This document shows positions 49,937-58,499 of a stretch of 64,000 bases of DNA, in pieces. The notes beneath the pieces were generated by a model. That model saw only the letters and a program-made list of their open reading frames with translations, was not told the DNA's origin and ran no database searches. Every line of letters starts with the position of its first letter. Within the stretch, counting starts at the first letter, position 1. Source of the stretch: a virus. The DNA lies in the IMG/VR virus record IMGVR_UViG_3300033145_000777, positions 17,183 to 81,182 of that record. The stretch is one strand, 5' to 3'. A program made the position numbers and the translations under genes.

Positions 49937-50818
49937 ATGGGTCGATTGATGCCTACTACGATGTTTAACAGGATTTTTCCTGATAGAAGAGACCCAGATA
50001 GAGGAAAATATGATTATCTCTGTAGGTATTGTGGTAAGTCAACAGAACATACTAGACGAAGATATTATTGCTCTGATGATTGTTACTGGAACTGTCAACG
50101 GGCAGTTGCTTGGTGGTTCGCTAGACGAGGCACCTTTGATCGAGACAAGGGAATATGTGTAGACTGTGGAGAGAAACTAGATTACAATAAAACCTGGGAC
50201 TGTCACCACGTTATTCCAGTTTCCGATCTACATACCTTAGCTTATGAATTGACATGGAAACACCCTGAATGGGTGGATTTACCTGAAACAGACAAGCGTA
50301 GAGGATTCGCAGTTATTTACACGTTGCTGGTTCATGACATCAATAACCTAGTAACTTTGTGTTGGAAGTGTCATAAGACAAGACATAAATCTAAACCAAA
50401 AAACCCCACTATTCCTGTAAATGTTACCACGTTGCATACTTTCTTCGGTGGACAACCATCCATCAGGGTATTAATCTGTGGAGATAGAAACTGGAAACAG
50501 CCTAAACCAATCGAGGACGTCATCAAATCCCTTCCAAAAGGCTCTGTTATAATTCAAGGAATGTGCCGTGGAGCTGATTTAATGTCCAGACGTCTCAGTA
50601 AAAAACATGGGTATAAAGTTGAGGACTATCCAGCTGATTGGGATAAACATGGTCGAGCTGCAGGTCCTATAAGAAACAAACAGATGCTTGTCGAGGGTAA
50701 ACCAGACATCGTATATGCCTTTCACCCAAACATACATGAGAGCAAGGGAACTAAGAATATGGTGAACCAGGCAGAGGAGAGAGGGATCGAAGTGATAATC
50801 ATTAATAGCAAAAGCTAA
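49937..50818 (+). CDS. HNH endonuclease fused to YspA/DUF2493-like SLOG domain
   Basis: RDKGICVDCG..CHHVIP..NLVTLCWKCH; RVLICGDR..GAD..ADWDKHGRAAGPIRNKQM..SKGT. Confidence 0.8.
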   Translation: MGRLMPTTMFNRIFPDRRDPDRGKYDYLCRYCGKSTEHTRRRYYCSDDCYWNCQRAVAWWFARRGTFDRDKGICVDCGEKLDYNKTWDCHHVIPVSDLHTLAYELTWKHPEWVDLPETDKRRGFAVIYTLLVHDINNLVTLCWKCHKTRHKSKPKNPTIPVNVTTLHTFFGGQPSIRVLICGDRNWKQPKPIEDVIKSLPKGSVIIQGMCRGADLMSRRLSKKHGYKVEDYPADWDKHGRAAGPIRNKQMLVEGKPDIVYAFHPNIHESKGTKNMVNQAEERGIEVIIINSKS

Positions 50819-51039
50819 AATGATTGTACCCGAATCTAAACTCAGTGACTTGTAAGAGGGAACTATACGGGGAGCGCGCGAGCCTCAACGGTTGGAACTA
50901 AGTCGCTATGATCGCAAAAACCTGAAAGTGGCTGAGTGTCCTGCGATACTGCTTGCAGTTGGCTGGGAGTAGAGAAACCCGTAAGCGCATAGGCGAACAC
51001 GATGAAGCCCATAACTTATATGACACCTCACCCGATTTA

Positions 51040-51092
51040 TTCAGTCCCTAAATCTTTTATATGGTGTAAGTAATGATATATTGACTCAAATG
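51040..51092 (+). promoter_or_regulatory. Repeated promoter/start motif, copy 13 (type B)
   Basis: TTCAGTCCCTAAATCTTTTATATGG...TTGACTCAAATG. Confidence 0.8.
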
Positions 51093-51587
51093 GATTTAAA
51101 AGAAATCATAGAACATCATCAAAAGGAAAGAAAATACTACCACGATGAGATAAAAACCACAGAGTCTGAAGTCAAATCCTTACAGGATGAATTAGAGACA
51201 CTGAACGCTTCAACACCAAGTTGGATTACGCTCATCAAAGCCATAGTAGAGGAGATACGTCAAGACCCACAGATGAACGAGTTCACGGAGCATAAGATTC
51301 TTGGACCCTTTGGGCTTGGAGCTCACTTGTCTATCCACTTCTTCAAGAACCCCCACATTAAAGGGATGAAGAGTCTGGAAGACGGTAACTGTAAAAGCAT
51401 CACCTTCACCCCCAAACATGGGCAGCATCCTTGGGATCTAACGGCTGAGATAGTCAACAGAGCAATAGATACAGGGAGGTTCAAACCAGGAACCCTCGCT
51501 CAAGTAAATGGTATGAATCACCCCAAAATGGCTCTCCCAGACACTATCAAGAAACTCGTAGAGCTCATTCTAAAAGAGGAGTTCTGA
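51090..51587 (+). CDS. Hypothetical protein
   Basis: Start set at motif ATG. Confidence 0.55.
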   Translation: MDLKEIIEHHQKERKYYHDEIKTTESEVKSLQDELETLNASTPSWITLIKAIVEEIRQDPQMNEFTEHKILGPFGLGAHLSIHFFKNPHIKGMKSLEDGNCKSITFTPKHGQHPWDLTAEIVNRAIDTGRFKPGTLAQVNGMNHPKMALPDTIKKLVELILKEEF

Positions 51588-51633
51588 TAATGGGACATAT
51601 CCATTTTTTCACCCCCATCAGGAAGGAATCAAA

Positions 51634-52089
51634 ATGAAATCAGATGATTGTGTAAATCACTGCATAAAATGTGGTGATGAAATAATATGCACTCTTGAAG
51701 AAATCAATGATAAATTCATTTGTGCTGACTGTAACGGATCGGCTGGACCAATAACCGTAGATTCAGATAAAGAAAAGATATGGTGTTTCGAGCATCAAGA
51801 GCGATGTAAAGCACCAGACAACAAATGCAACTTCGTAAAAGATGGTAATTTCTGCAAATTGTACGCTTTATCCATTTACTCAGATACAAAGAGGACAAGT
51901 TTGATGCAGTTAAGAAGAACATGCGGTAACTGCGGTGGGGTACACGCATATCTTGTTCAAAAAAATAACACAGAGGGCAAGTATCGGTGTAATAGTTGCG
52001 ATCATGAATGGTGGATAAAAAAAACCCAAGTTAAACACAGCGTTAGGTCAACCATAAAATCTAAAGAACTTAGGAGATCAGAGAAATGA
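51634..52089 (+). CDS. Multi-Zn-finger Cys-rich protein
   Basis: Several CxxC pairs. Confidence 0.55.
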   Translation: MKSDDCVNHCIKCGDEIICTLEEINDKFICADCNGSAGPITVDSDKEKIWCFEHQERCKAPDNKCNFVKDGNFCKLYALSIYSDTKRTSLMQLRRTCGNCGGVHAYLVQKNNTEGKYRCNSCDHEWWIKKTQVKHSVRSTIKSKELRRSEK

Positions 52090-52340
52090 AGCGTCCTGAA
52101 AAAGTAGTTCTATGGTCTCATGTTGAGAGAAAGGAAACAGGGTTCGTAAACCATCTTGAGAAGCCACTATACGACTACACCATCAAACTTCCTACATGGA
52201 TAGGTCTTGCATATAGACCGTTTACTGTACGAGTAGAGATTCTTGAAAATGTACCACCATTCAAAGACAGAATACCAGACCATGATCAATGGAGACCATA
52301 CGTAAAGGAAAAGATGAAGGATCGGGAGGAACTAAGATGA
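52086..52340 (+). CDS. Shorter paralog of 48625..49143
   Basis: Near-identical N-terminus. Confidence 0.6.
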   Translation: MKRPEKVVLWSHVERKETGFVNHLEKPLYDYTIKLPTWIGLAYRPFTVRVEILENVPPFKDRIPDHDQWRPYVKEKMKDREELR

Positions 52341-52747
52341 TTTTTGCTTTCCCCGGTCATATTGACCAGATTGTGAGAGGTGAAAAGACTCAGACTAGGA
52401 GAAACAGCGGCAAGTATAATGTTGGTCAAATCTATGCCATTCAACCAGGACGCAATAAGAAAGGAGATCCAAGAGGACGGATTCTAATCATTCGAAAGTG
52501 GTCTGAATCGTGGGGAACAATGATAACTGACGATGATGCTGAGGCGGAGGGTGGTTACAACTCAATAGAATATGAACACCTTTACGCTGATATGAATCCT
52601 ACTTGGGAGATTCGTTGGTGTTATGAGTTTGAATTTTGGGAAACAGAATCAATTCTTTCTTTGATACAAGCTCTAAAGGAAGCCAAAAAGACCCCATCTA
52701 TTCCTTGGGAATCCATTAAATCCCAGCAACTAAGGCCGGAATCATAA
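52337..52747 (+). CDS. ASCH domain protein
   Basis: IVRGEKTQTRR; ITDDDAEAEG. Confidence 0.75.
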   Translation: MIFAFPGHIDQIVRGEKTQTRRNSGKYNVGQIYAIQPGRNKKGDPRGRILIIRKWSESWGTMITDDDAEAEGGYNSIEYEHLYADMNPTWEIRWCYEFEFWETESILSLIQALKEAKKTPSIPWESIKSQQLRPES

Positions 52748-53469
52748 TGGAAAAAATAATTATTGAACCAGAAGCTAGATTCAAATTTGAAAGGCTTTGC
52801 GATTCACTTCACCCAGAGGAAGTTGGAGGACAATTTTACGGGTTGAGAGATGGGGATCATACAATAATAAAGGATGTACTACCTGTACCAAACATTAGTA
52901 CCAAAAAGAACACAACTTACATTCGACATAGTTGGGGCGATCATTGGGCTTCTATGTATGGAAAAACAGTTCAACTGGATAAACTTGGTAAATTCCACAG
53001 CCATCCTACTGGTGCAATACCTTCAACACAAGACATGAAAGCATGTCCAGGGCTTCACTTATGGCTTATTCACCATAGAAAGGGGGAACACACGTTTTTA
53101 GCGGCAAGAGATTACGTTAACAGAGAAGTAGTTTTAATCAATGAACCTCACGCAGAACTCAATATCCCACATATACGGGGAGATAAACTGATTCTAGGAC
53201 ATAGTTTCGTGGATTCATCGGGTATAATTCAAACTAGTAACTCTGGTTCAAAGATATTTACTCTAAAAAATGAAACCAGGAGAATATTGATTCTTGCACT
53301 TCAAAACAGCCGCTATAGAAACGATGTCAACTTGAAAGAGGTAGTAAGACGAAGCGGCAGAACAAGATCCACTGTTAGAAAACATCTGAATCTATGCAGA
53401 GAAGCTGGGTTGCTAACCTATGGGTGGTCAAACAGGAATTACAAGATAAAAGAGGAATGTTTTGCATGA
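52747..53469 (+). CDS. JAB/MPN+ metalloprotease fused to C-terminal winged helix
   Basis: PEEVGG...FHSHPTGAIPSTQD; VVRRSGRTRSTVRKHLNLCREAGLL. Confidence 0.75.
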   Translation: MEKIIIEPEARFKFERLCDSLHPEEVGGQFYGLRDGDHTIIKDVLPVPNISTKKNTTYIRHSWGDHWASMYGKTVQLDKLGKFHSHPTGAIPSTQDMKACPGLHLWLIHHRKGEHTFLAARDYVNREVVLINEPHAELNIPHIRGDKLILGHSFVDSSGIIQTSNSGSKIFTLKNETRRILILALQNSRYRNDVNLKEVVRRSGRTRSTVRKHLNLCREAGLLTYGWSNRNYKIKEECFA

Positions 53470-54263
53470 TTTCACAAGAACTTAAGCAACGTATCTTGGC
53501 TGAGATGGTAGTTTGTGAAACATTGAAATGTCCAATGAATCGACCATCAAAACTAGAGGGATTTGGAACCTGTATATCATATCCTTGCATCAAGAAAACA
53601 ACCGTAGTATCTAAAGAACTTAGGATGTCAAAGAAATGAAATGTCCTGAATGTGGACGGTTTATGAAGAAACACAATAGGACTGTTGATTGGCCGCCTGA
53701 AGAAATTGAGAAGTATGCAAGGGATCACGCAGGGAGATGACACAATGAAACGTTGTCCTAATGGTTGTGAGTCTAGGGTTAGGAATAATTATTACAAGTG
53801 TCACTGTGGGGAAGTATTAATATATATGACTAAAGAGGAAATGAAAATATCCCTCACAAAATCATCTAGTGAAATGACAGAGTACTATCGGAGGAACAAG
53901 CAATGAGGAATCCATTGTATGAGTTCGAGGTAAGGACCCCTCATCAGTACCCAGATAGAACTGATGTCAAGTACAACGGAGGAGCATCAAGACGCAGGGG
54001 TAACATACTAGGACACTGGAGCCCATTCAAAACAAAGCAAGAGTACATTTACCTCATCAAGAAACTGTTCAAGGATTGGGAGGGCTACAACGATAAGAAC
54101 CAAACCCATTTTTTCCTGTAAAACCTACCCTACACCGTATTGTCCGACCTGAACAGGACAAAACTTTAAGAATAGGTAAACCCACATATCAAACACGAAT
54201 AGAACTCGTACGGAGAGGGGAACCCAAATACCCAGCAAAGGCACCACCAAACGCCTCAAAGAG

Positions 54264-54938
54264 ATGCTTAAACTCATAGACAAAGGAACCAACCCACTAT
54301 CAGCCATAAAACACATATCCAAAAGATTCGGAGCTGATATACATGAACTCTGGGACAACTACAAAGAAGACCGTCCAGAAGATGCTCAACGGTTAATAGA
54401 TGGAGCTAAGGCAAGGGCAAAGAGGATGCCTTGGGCTATCGTAGAACGCAGAAAGACAATGATCGGGATGATGGACTCAGGTTTTAGCATATCCTCTATC
54501 GCGTTTTATTTATCTTTAAAGTATGGCGTCAGCGACAAAACAATTTGGAAGGACTACCAGAAACGGGATGTTTGGTTACCTAGCTACAAGGATTTGATGC
54601 AGACGGCTGAGGAGATGCGTGTATGGTTCAACGGGATAACCGCGTTCAGCGAGAAGGTTTTGAAGGAACAGGCATTGAACGGTGATAATAGTAACGCGAG
54701 GGTTGGTGCTGCGAAGGGTCTTATGGATTTAGGGTTCAAACGAATGGAGTTGTCCCAGAGCATGGGTATAACTGCTAGAGTGCCTGCAGGTCTTGAGGTC
54801 AGTGGCAGGATGGTTACTGAGGTCGTGGATAAGAGTGGTTTATGGCTTGACGCGGTAACTAATGATATGGAGCCCGATGAACTCAAGGTTCTACTGAAGA
54901 ACGTGGCTAAGATTAAGACGGCTGCTGAAAGTGTATGA
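54264..54938 (+). CDS. terS: Putative terminase small subunit
   Basis: HTH-like KYGVSDKTIWKD; overlaps terL start. Confidence 0.6.
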   Translation: MLKLIDKGTNPLSAIKHISKRFGADIHELWDNYKEDRPEDAQRLIDGAKARAKRMPWAIVERRKTMIGMMDSGFSISSIAFYLSLKYGVSDKTIWKDYQKRDVWLPSYKDLMQTAEEMRVWFNGITAFSEKVLKEQALNGDNSNARVGAAKGLMDLGFKRMELSQSMGITARVPAGLEVSGRMVTEVVDKSGLWLDAVTNDMEPDELKVLLKNVAKIKTAAESV

Positions 54939-56425
54939 GTCAACTAGCTGCACTTCAAGAACTAGAACATGATCTTCAACTTAGGTTAGCTCGAAAGAGT
55001 ATGAAATATTTTAGCTTATATTGCTGGCCTGAACACGCCACATCGGCTGAGGGAGATGTTGAGCTAACAGGGAACAAGGAGTTTCATGATGAGTGGTATG
55101 ATTCAATCCAGTATGGTGTTGATACTGGTCTAGGGTATAGACAAATCCATAAAAGGATGTTAACCCTGGCACCGAGGAACAGTGCTAAGACAACGTGCAT
55201 CAGTAAGGTAGCGCCAATATGGTTGCTTGGGGATAACCCAGAACTTAGATTGTTGATTGTAAGCAAGACATCCACCCTCTCGAAGATGAACACTCTCAGC
55301 ATCAAGCAGCAGATTGAGTCAAACCCAAGGGTTAGAGAGGTCTTTCCTGATCTCATTCCATCATCTCCTTGGGGTGGGGAAAGATTGATGGTACAGAATA
55401 ATAGGCTTGACGGCATTCCCTCAGTGTCAGCTGTTGGGTTACATGGCTCAATTACAGGTCGTAGGGCTGACATCATTATATTAGATGACTTAGTTGACAA
55501 AGAAACCGTTTACACCGAAAATCAAAGAGATAAATCAGTAGCTTGGTACAAGGAGGTTGTTGTGCCTGTATTAGATCCACAAGGTAGAATTTTTGCTATT
55601 GCAACGAGGTGGCACTTGAAGGACATCTACTCTCTATGGATAAGCTCAGGGTTATGGACTGTCTCTACGCTTACAGCCTTTGAACTTGATGAAGAAGAGA
55701 TAGTTATCGACCCAAAGACAAAGGAGCCTATAAGCTACTGGCCAGAAAGGTGGTCAACTCAGAGTCTACTCGACTTGAAAGAAGAGCTTGGGAGCCTTGT
55801 CTTTAACTGTCTATACTTAGCTAATCCTAGTGGGTATGAGGGTTTGATATTCAAGGGTGCATGGCTTACTCACTACAACCCATTAGATCATAATTGGGAG
55901 ATATTGAGGAAGAACCTGTTGATCTATCAGGGAGTTGACCCCAGCATCAGTGAGAGTCCATCAGCCAACTATACATCAATAGTTACCATAGGGGTAGACC
56001 CTAGACAGTTGGATGTTTACTTGCTCGATGTTTGGGCTGAGAAAATGGATTTCCCTAAACAAGTAAAGGCGATGAGGCAGAAGCATGATGAATGGAAGCC
56101 ACTGAAGATTGGCGTCGAGGTTGTTGCATACCAGAAAGCGTTAGAGAGAACAGCTTACGTTCAAGGATTACCCGTCGTAGGTATACCGAGGGCAACAGGG
56201 AAGCTAGAAAGAATGATAGGGCTAACACCGCACTTTGAAAGTGGAAGGATTAGGCTACCTGATCCCTCAGCTGTGAAGGTGCCTTGGTATGATGATTTCT
56301 TAGAGGAGTACCTAGCGTTTCCGCGAGGTCCTAGCCCAGATAGGCTTGATGCTTTTGATTGTGCATTTGAGGTGGCGAATATAGTTGGACAAGGGAGTCT
56401 TGGAGCTGCGTTCCTTGAGCAATAA
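54935..56425 (+). CDS. terL: Terminase large subunit
   Basis: APRNSAKT, ITGRRADIIILDD, TRWH..D, GVDPS, FP.G..PDRLDA. Confidence 0.93.
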   Translation: MSQLAALQELEHDLQLRLARKSMKYFSLYCWPEHATSAEGDVELTGNKEFHDEWYDSIQYGVDTGLGYRQIHKRMLTLAPRNSAKTTCISKVAPIWLLGDNPELRLLIVSKTSTLSKMNTLSIKQQIESNPRVREVFPDLIPSSPWGGERLMVQNNRLDGIPSVSAVGLHGSITGRRADIIILDDLVDKETVYTENQRDKSVAWYKEVVVPVLDPQGRIFAIATRWHLKDIYSLWISSGLWTVSTLTAFELDEEEIVIDPKTKEPISYWPERWSTQSLLDLKEELGSLVFNCLYLANPSGYEGLIFKGAWLTHYNPLDHNWEILRKNLLIYQGVDPSISESPSANYTSIVTIGVDPRQLDVYLLDVWAEKMDFPKQVKAMRQKHDEWKPLKIGVEVVAYQKALERTAYVQGLPVVGIPRATGKLERMIGLTPHFESGRIRLPDPSAVKVPWYDDFLEEYLAFPRGPSPDRLDAFDCAFEVANIVGQGSLGAAFLEQ

Positions 56426-56471
56426 AGTTAAGACTATAATACAGGGTGTGCATTTGGTTAAGTGATAATTC

Positions 56472-58202
56472 ATGAGTCGTAGAGGATCAAGATTCAATGA
56501 CGCATTTAACGTTCTCACGGGGAGAGACCTCGCTATTTCCTCACAGAGACTCGAAACTATGGAGATTGAGTTATCAAGCCTCTCAAAAGCTTATGATGCT
56601 ATAAGATCGAAAGGACCTGGCATGATGATACCTGAGCCCACGGGTGCAGGTTGGGGTGCTAGGTTCGGAGAGTATATTGACGATCAAGGAAGGGAGTTCG
56701 CTTCACATAGGGAGCCCGTAGGGGTAAGAGTAACTTCCCACGTTGCCACAGATGTTTTTGATAACTGGTTCAAAGTAGAGGACATCAAAGGAGCTGAAGG
56801 AGACAAAGATCTAGACTCTAAAGTACAGGCTGTATTAGAGCAGTTCAAAGTTCGACAGCAGCTGATTAGGGCTTGTGACTTTGAGAGGACATACGGAACA
56901 TCAGTAATAGTAGTCGGGTATAATGACGTCTCTGATGCTACTAAGTTACGTACCCCAGTCACAGGATCACCGCAAATCATTCAACTATACGCCTATTCAA
57001 AGCAACGCATGACAGAAATCTTCAAAGTAACTGACACAGCAGACCCACGGCTTGGGCAACCAAAAATATATAAGATAAACCAAAACCTGGGCTTCGACAT
57101 ACTATACAACTGGACTAGAATAGTACACTGTGCTACGAGGCTCAGGGAGCACCCCTTCTTCGGTGTGTCTTCGCTTGACCCAATATGGGACGATATGACT
57201 GTTTATCGAAACATCAGATGGGGAGCAGGTCAGACCATGTTCAGGGTTGGCGGAGGCTTCCCCGTTATCAAGTTGTCTGGAACCCCCGCTGAGGTATCCG
57301 CTTGGGAGAAAGAGGGCAGATTCAGGAACCTTCATCAGAGAACCTATATGGTGATGGGGCTTACAGAGGAGTTTGAGTTCGCGGGAGCAAAAGGCTCTGC
57401 TTTGAACCCTAAGGAGTACATCGAGTCTAGCGTTGAGAGCATAAGCATAGGTTCCAGCATCCCGAAAGTACAGCTCAGAGGAGCACAAGCAGGTAGCCTA
57501 TCAGGGAGTGAGACGAACCTTAAGGAGTATTACAGTTTCATCTCTAGCCTACAGACTCTTTGGAACGACGTTGTCAAGGACATTATCAACAGGTTCATTG
57601 AGTCAAAGCAAATAGATACAACCGCAACTGGTTACAAGATCACTTGGAACCCATCGTTCACGCTCTCAGATATAGATATGTCTCGGATAGCTCTCCAGAC
57701 AACTATTGCCAACAAAAACAGGTTAAGCTACCAGACAGTGGATGAGGTACGTGCGCTTGACAAACTTGACCCACTACCCGACCAGAAGGGAGAGGTAGTA
57801 CCTGGACTGATGGAGTTAGAGATCAAGCTCCTTAAACCCCAGCCATTAGGAGCAACCGCTAATCCAGTAGCAGGTCCCGCTACATACGGAGATCAAATTA
57901 CGACAGCACCAAAGTTCGTGAAAGTCATGCTTGAAGATAAAATCATAGCCTTGCAACCAAGAGTGACAAGCGGTGAGGTAGATCGAGAAACCGCTTTAGA
58001 ACTGGTTAAAGGTTACATACTTGATTATCAAATGCTGTCTGAAAAGGCAGCGATTGACGTCATTACTGAAAGGACGGGTAAACCCATCCAAAGATTGCCA
58101 AATGAGGCTAAAGACTTTTACGAGGGGCAAGCTGATTATTATTTGAAGTACTTCGAGAAGCTACTTGATGACTGGTTGAAGGTGGGTGGACTAAATGACT
58201 GA
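56472..58202 (+). CDS. Portal protein (DUF1073-like)
   Basis: After terL; RTYG, WTRI, G.S.L, IP...L.G...G.L. Confidence 0.8.
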   Translation: MSRRGSRFNDAFNVLTGRDLAISSQRLETMEIELSSLSKAYDAIRSKGPGMMIPEPTGAGWGARFGEYIDDQGREFASHREPVGVRVTSHVATDVFDNWFKVEDIKGAEGDKDLDSKVQAVLEQFKVRQQLIRACDFERTYGTSVIVVGYNDVSDATKLRTPVTGSPQIIQLYAYSKQRMTEIFKVTDTADPRLGQPKIYKINQNLGFDILYNWTRIVHCATRLREHPFFGVSSLDPIWDDMTVYRNIRWGAGQTMFRVGGGFPVIKLSGTPAEVSAWEKEGRFRNLHQRTYMVMGLTEEFEFAGAKGSALNPKEYIESSVESISIGSSIPKVQLRGAQAGSLSGSETNLKEYYSFISSLQTLWNDVVKDIINRFIESKQIDTTATGYKITWNPSFTLSDIDMSRIALQTTIANKNRLSYQTVDEVRALDKLDPLPDQKGEVVPGLMELEIKLLKPQPLGATANPVAGPATYGDQITTAPKFVKVMLEDKIIALQPRVTSGEVDRETALELVKGYILDYQMLSEKAAIDVITERTGKPIQRLPNEAKDFYEGQADYYLKYFEKLLDDWLKVGGLND

Positions 58203-58497
58203 GAAAGTAAACTATTGGCTTACTCCAGAGGGGTTAGCTGAAAGAGCAAAAGAGTTCGCTCGCTTCTTGACTGTTAGGACATTCAATGGGGCTCTCCAGA
58301 TGTTCGCCGTTGAGGGAGGACTAAGAGGATTCCTCTACAGGACAGACCTATACTACGGTCACGTATGCTCAATCTGTTCGCCCTATGAAGCAAAGTTCTA
58401 CAGGGCTGGACAATTCATGAAGAGTCTACCACAGCATCCTTGGTGTCGCTGTTGGTATGATATATTAGTAATGGAGAACATTCCGGGCGTAGTTTAA
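58195..58497 (+). CDS. MuF-like minor head protein
   Basis: VCSIC...PQHPWCRC. Confidence 0.65.
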   Translation: MTEKVNYWLTPEGLAERAKEFARFLTVRTFNGALQMFAVEGGLRGFLYRTDLYYGHVCSICSPYEAKFYRAGQFMKSLPQHPWCRCWYDILVMENIPGVV

Positions 58498-58499
58498 CT

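Noticed and set aside
3051-51092. Repeated motif as a CRISPR array or integron attC sites
   Set aside because: Copies are hundreds to thousands of bases apart, non-palindromic, and contain TATA plus start codon; no cas or integrase gene seen
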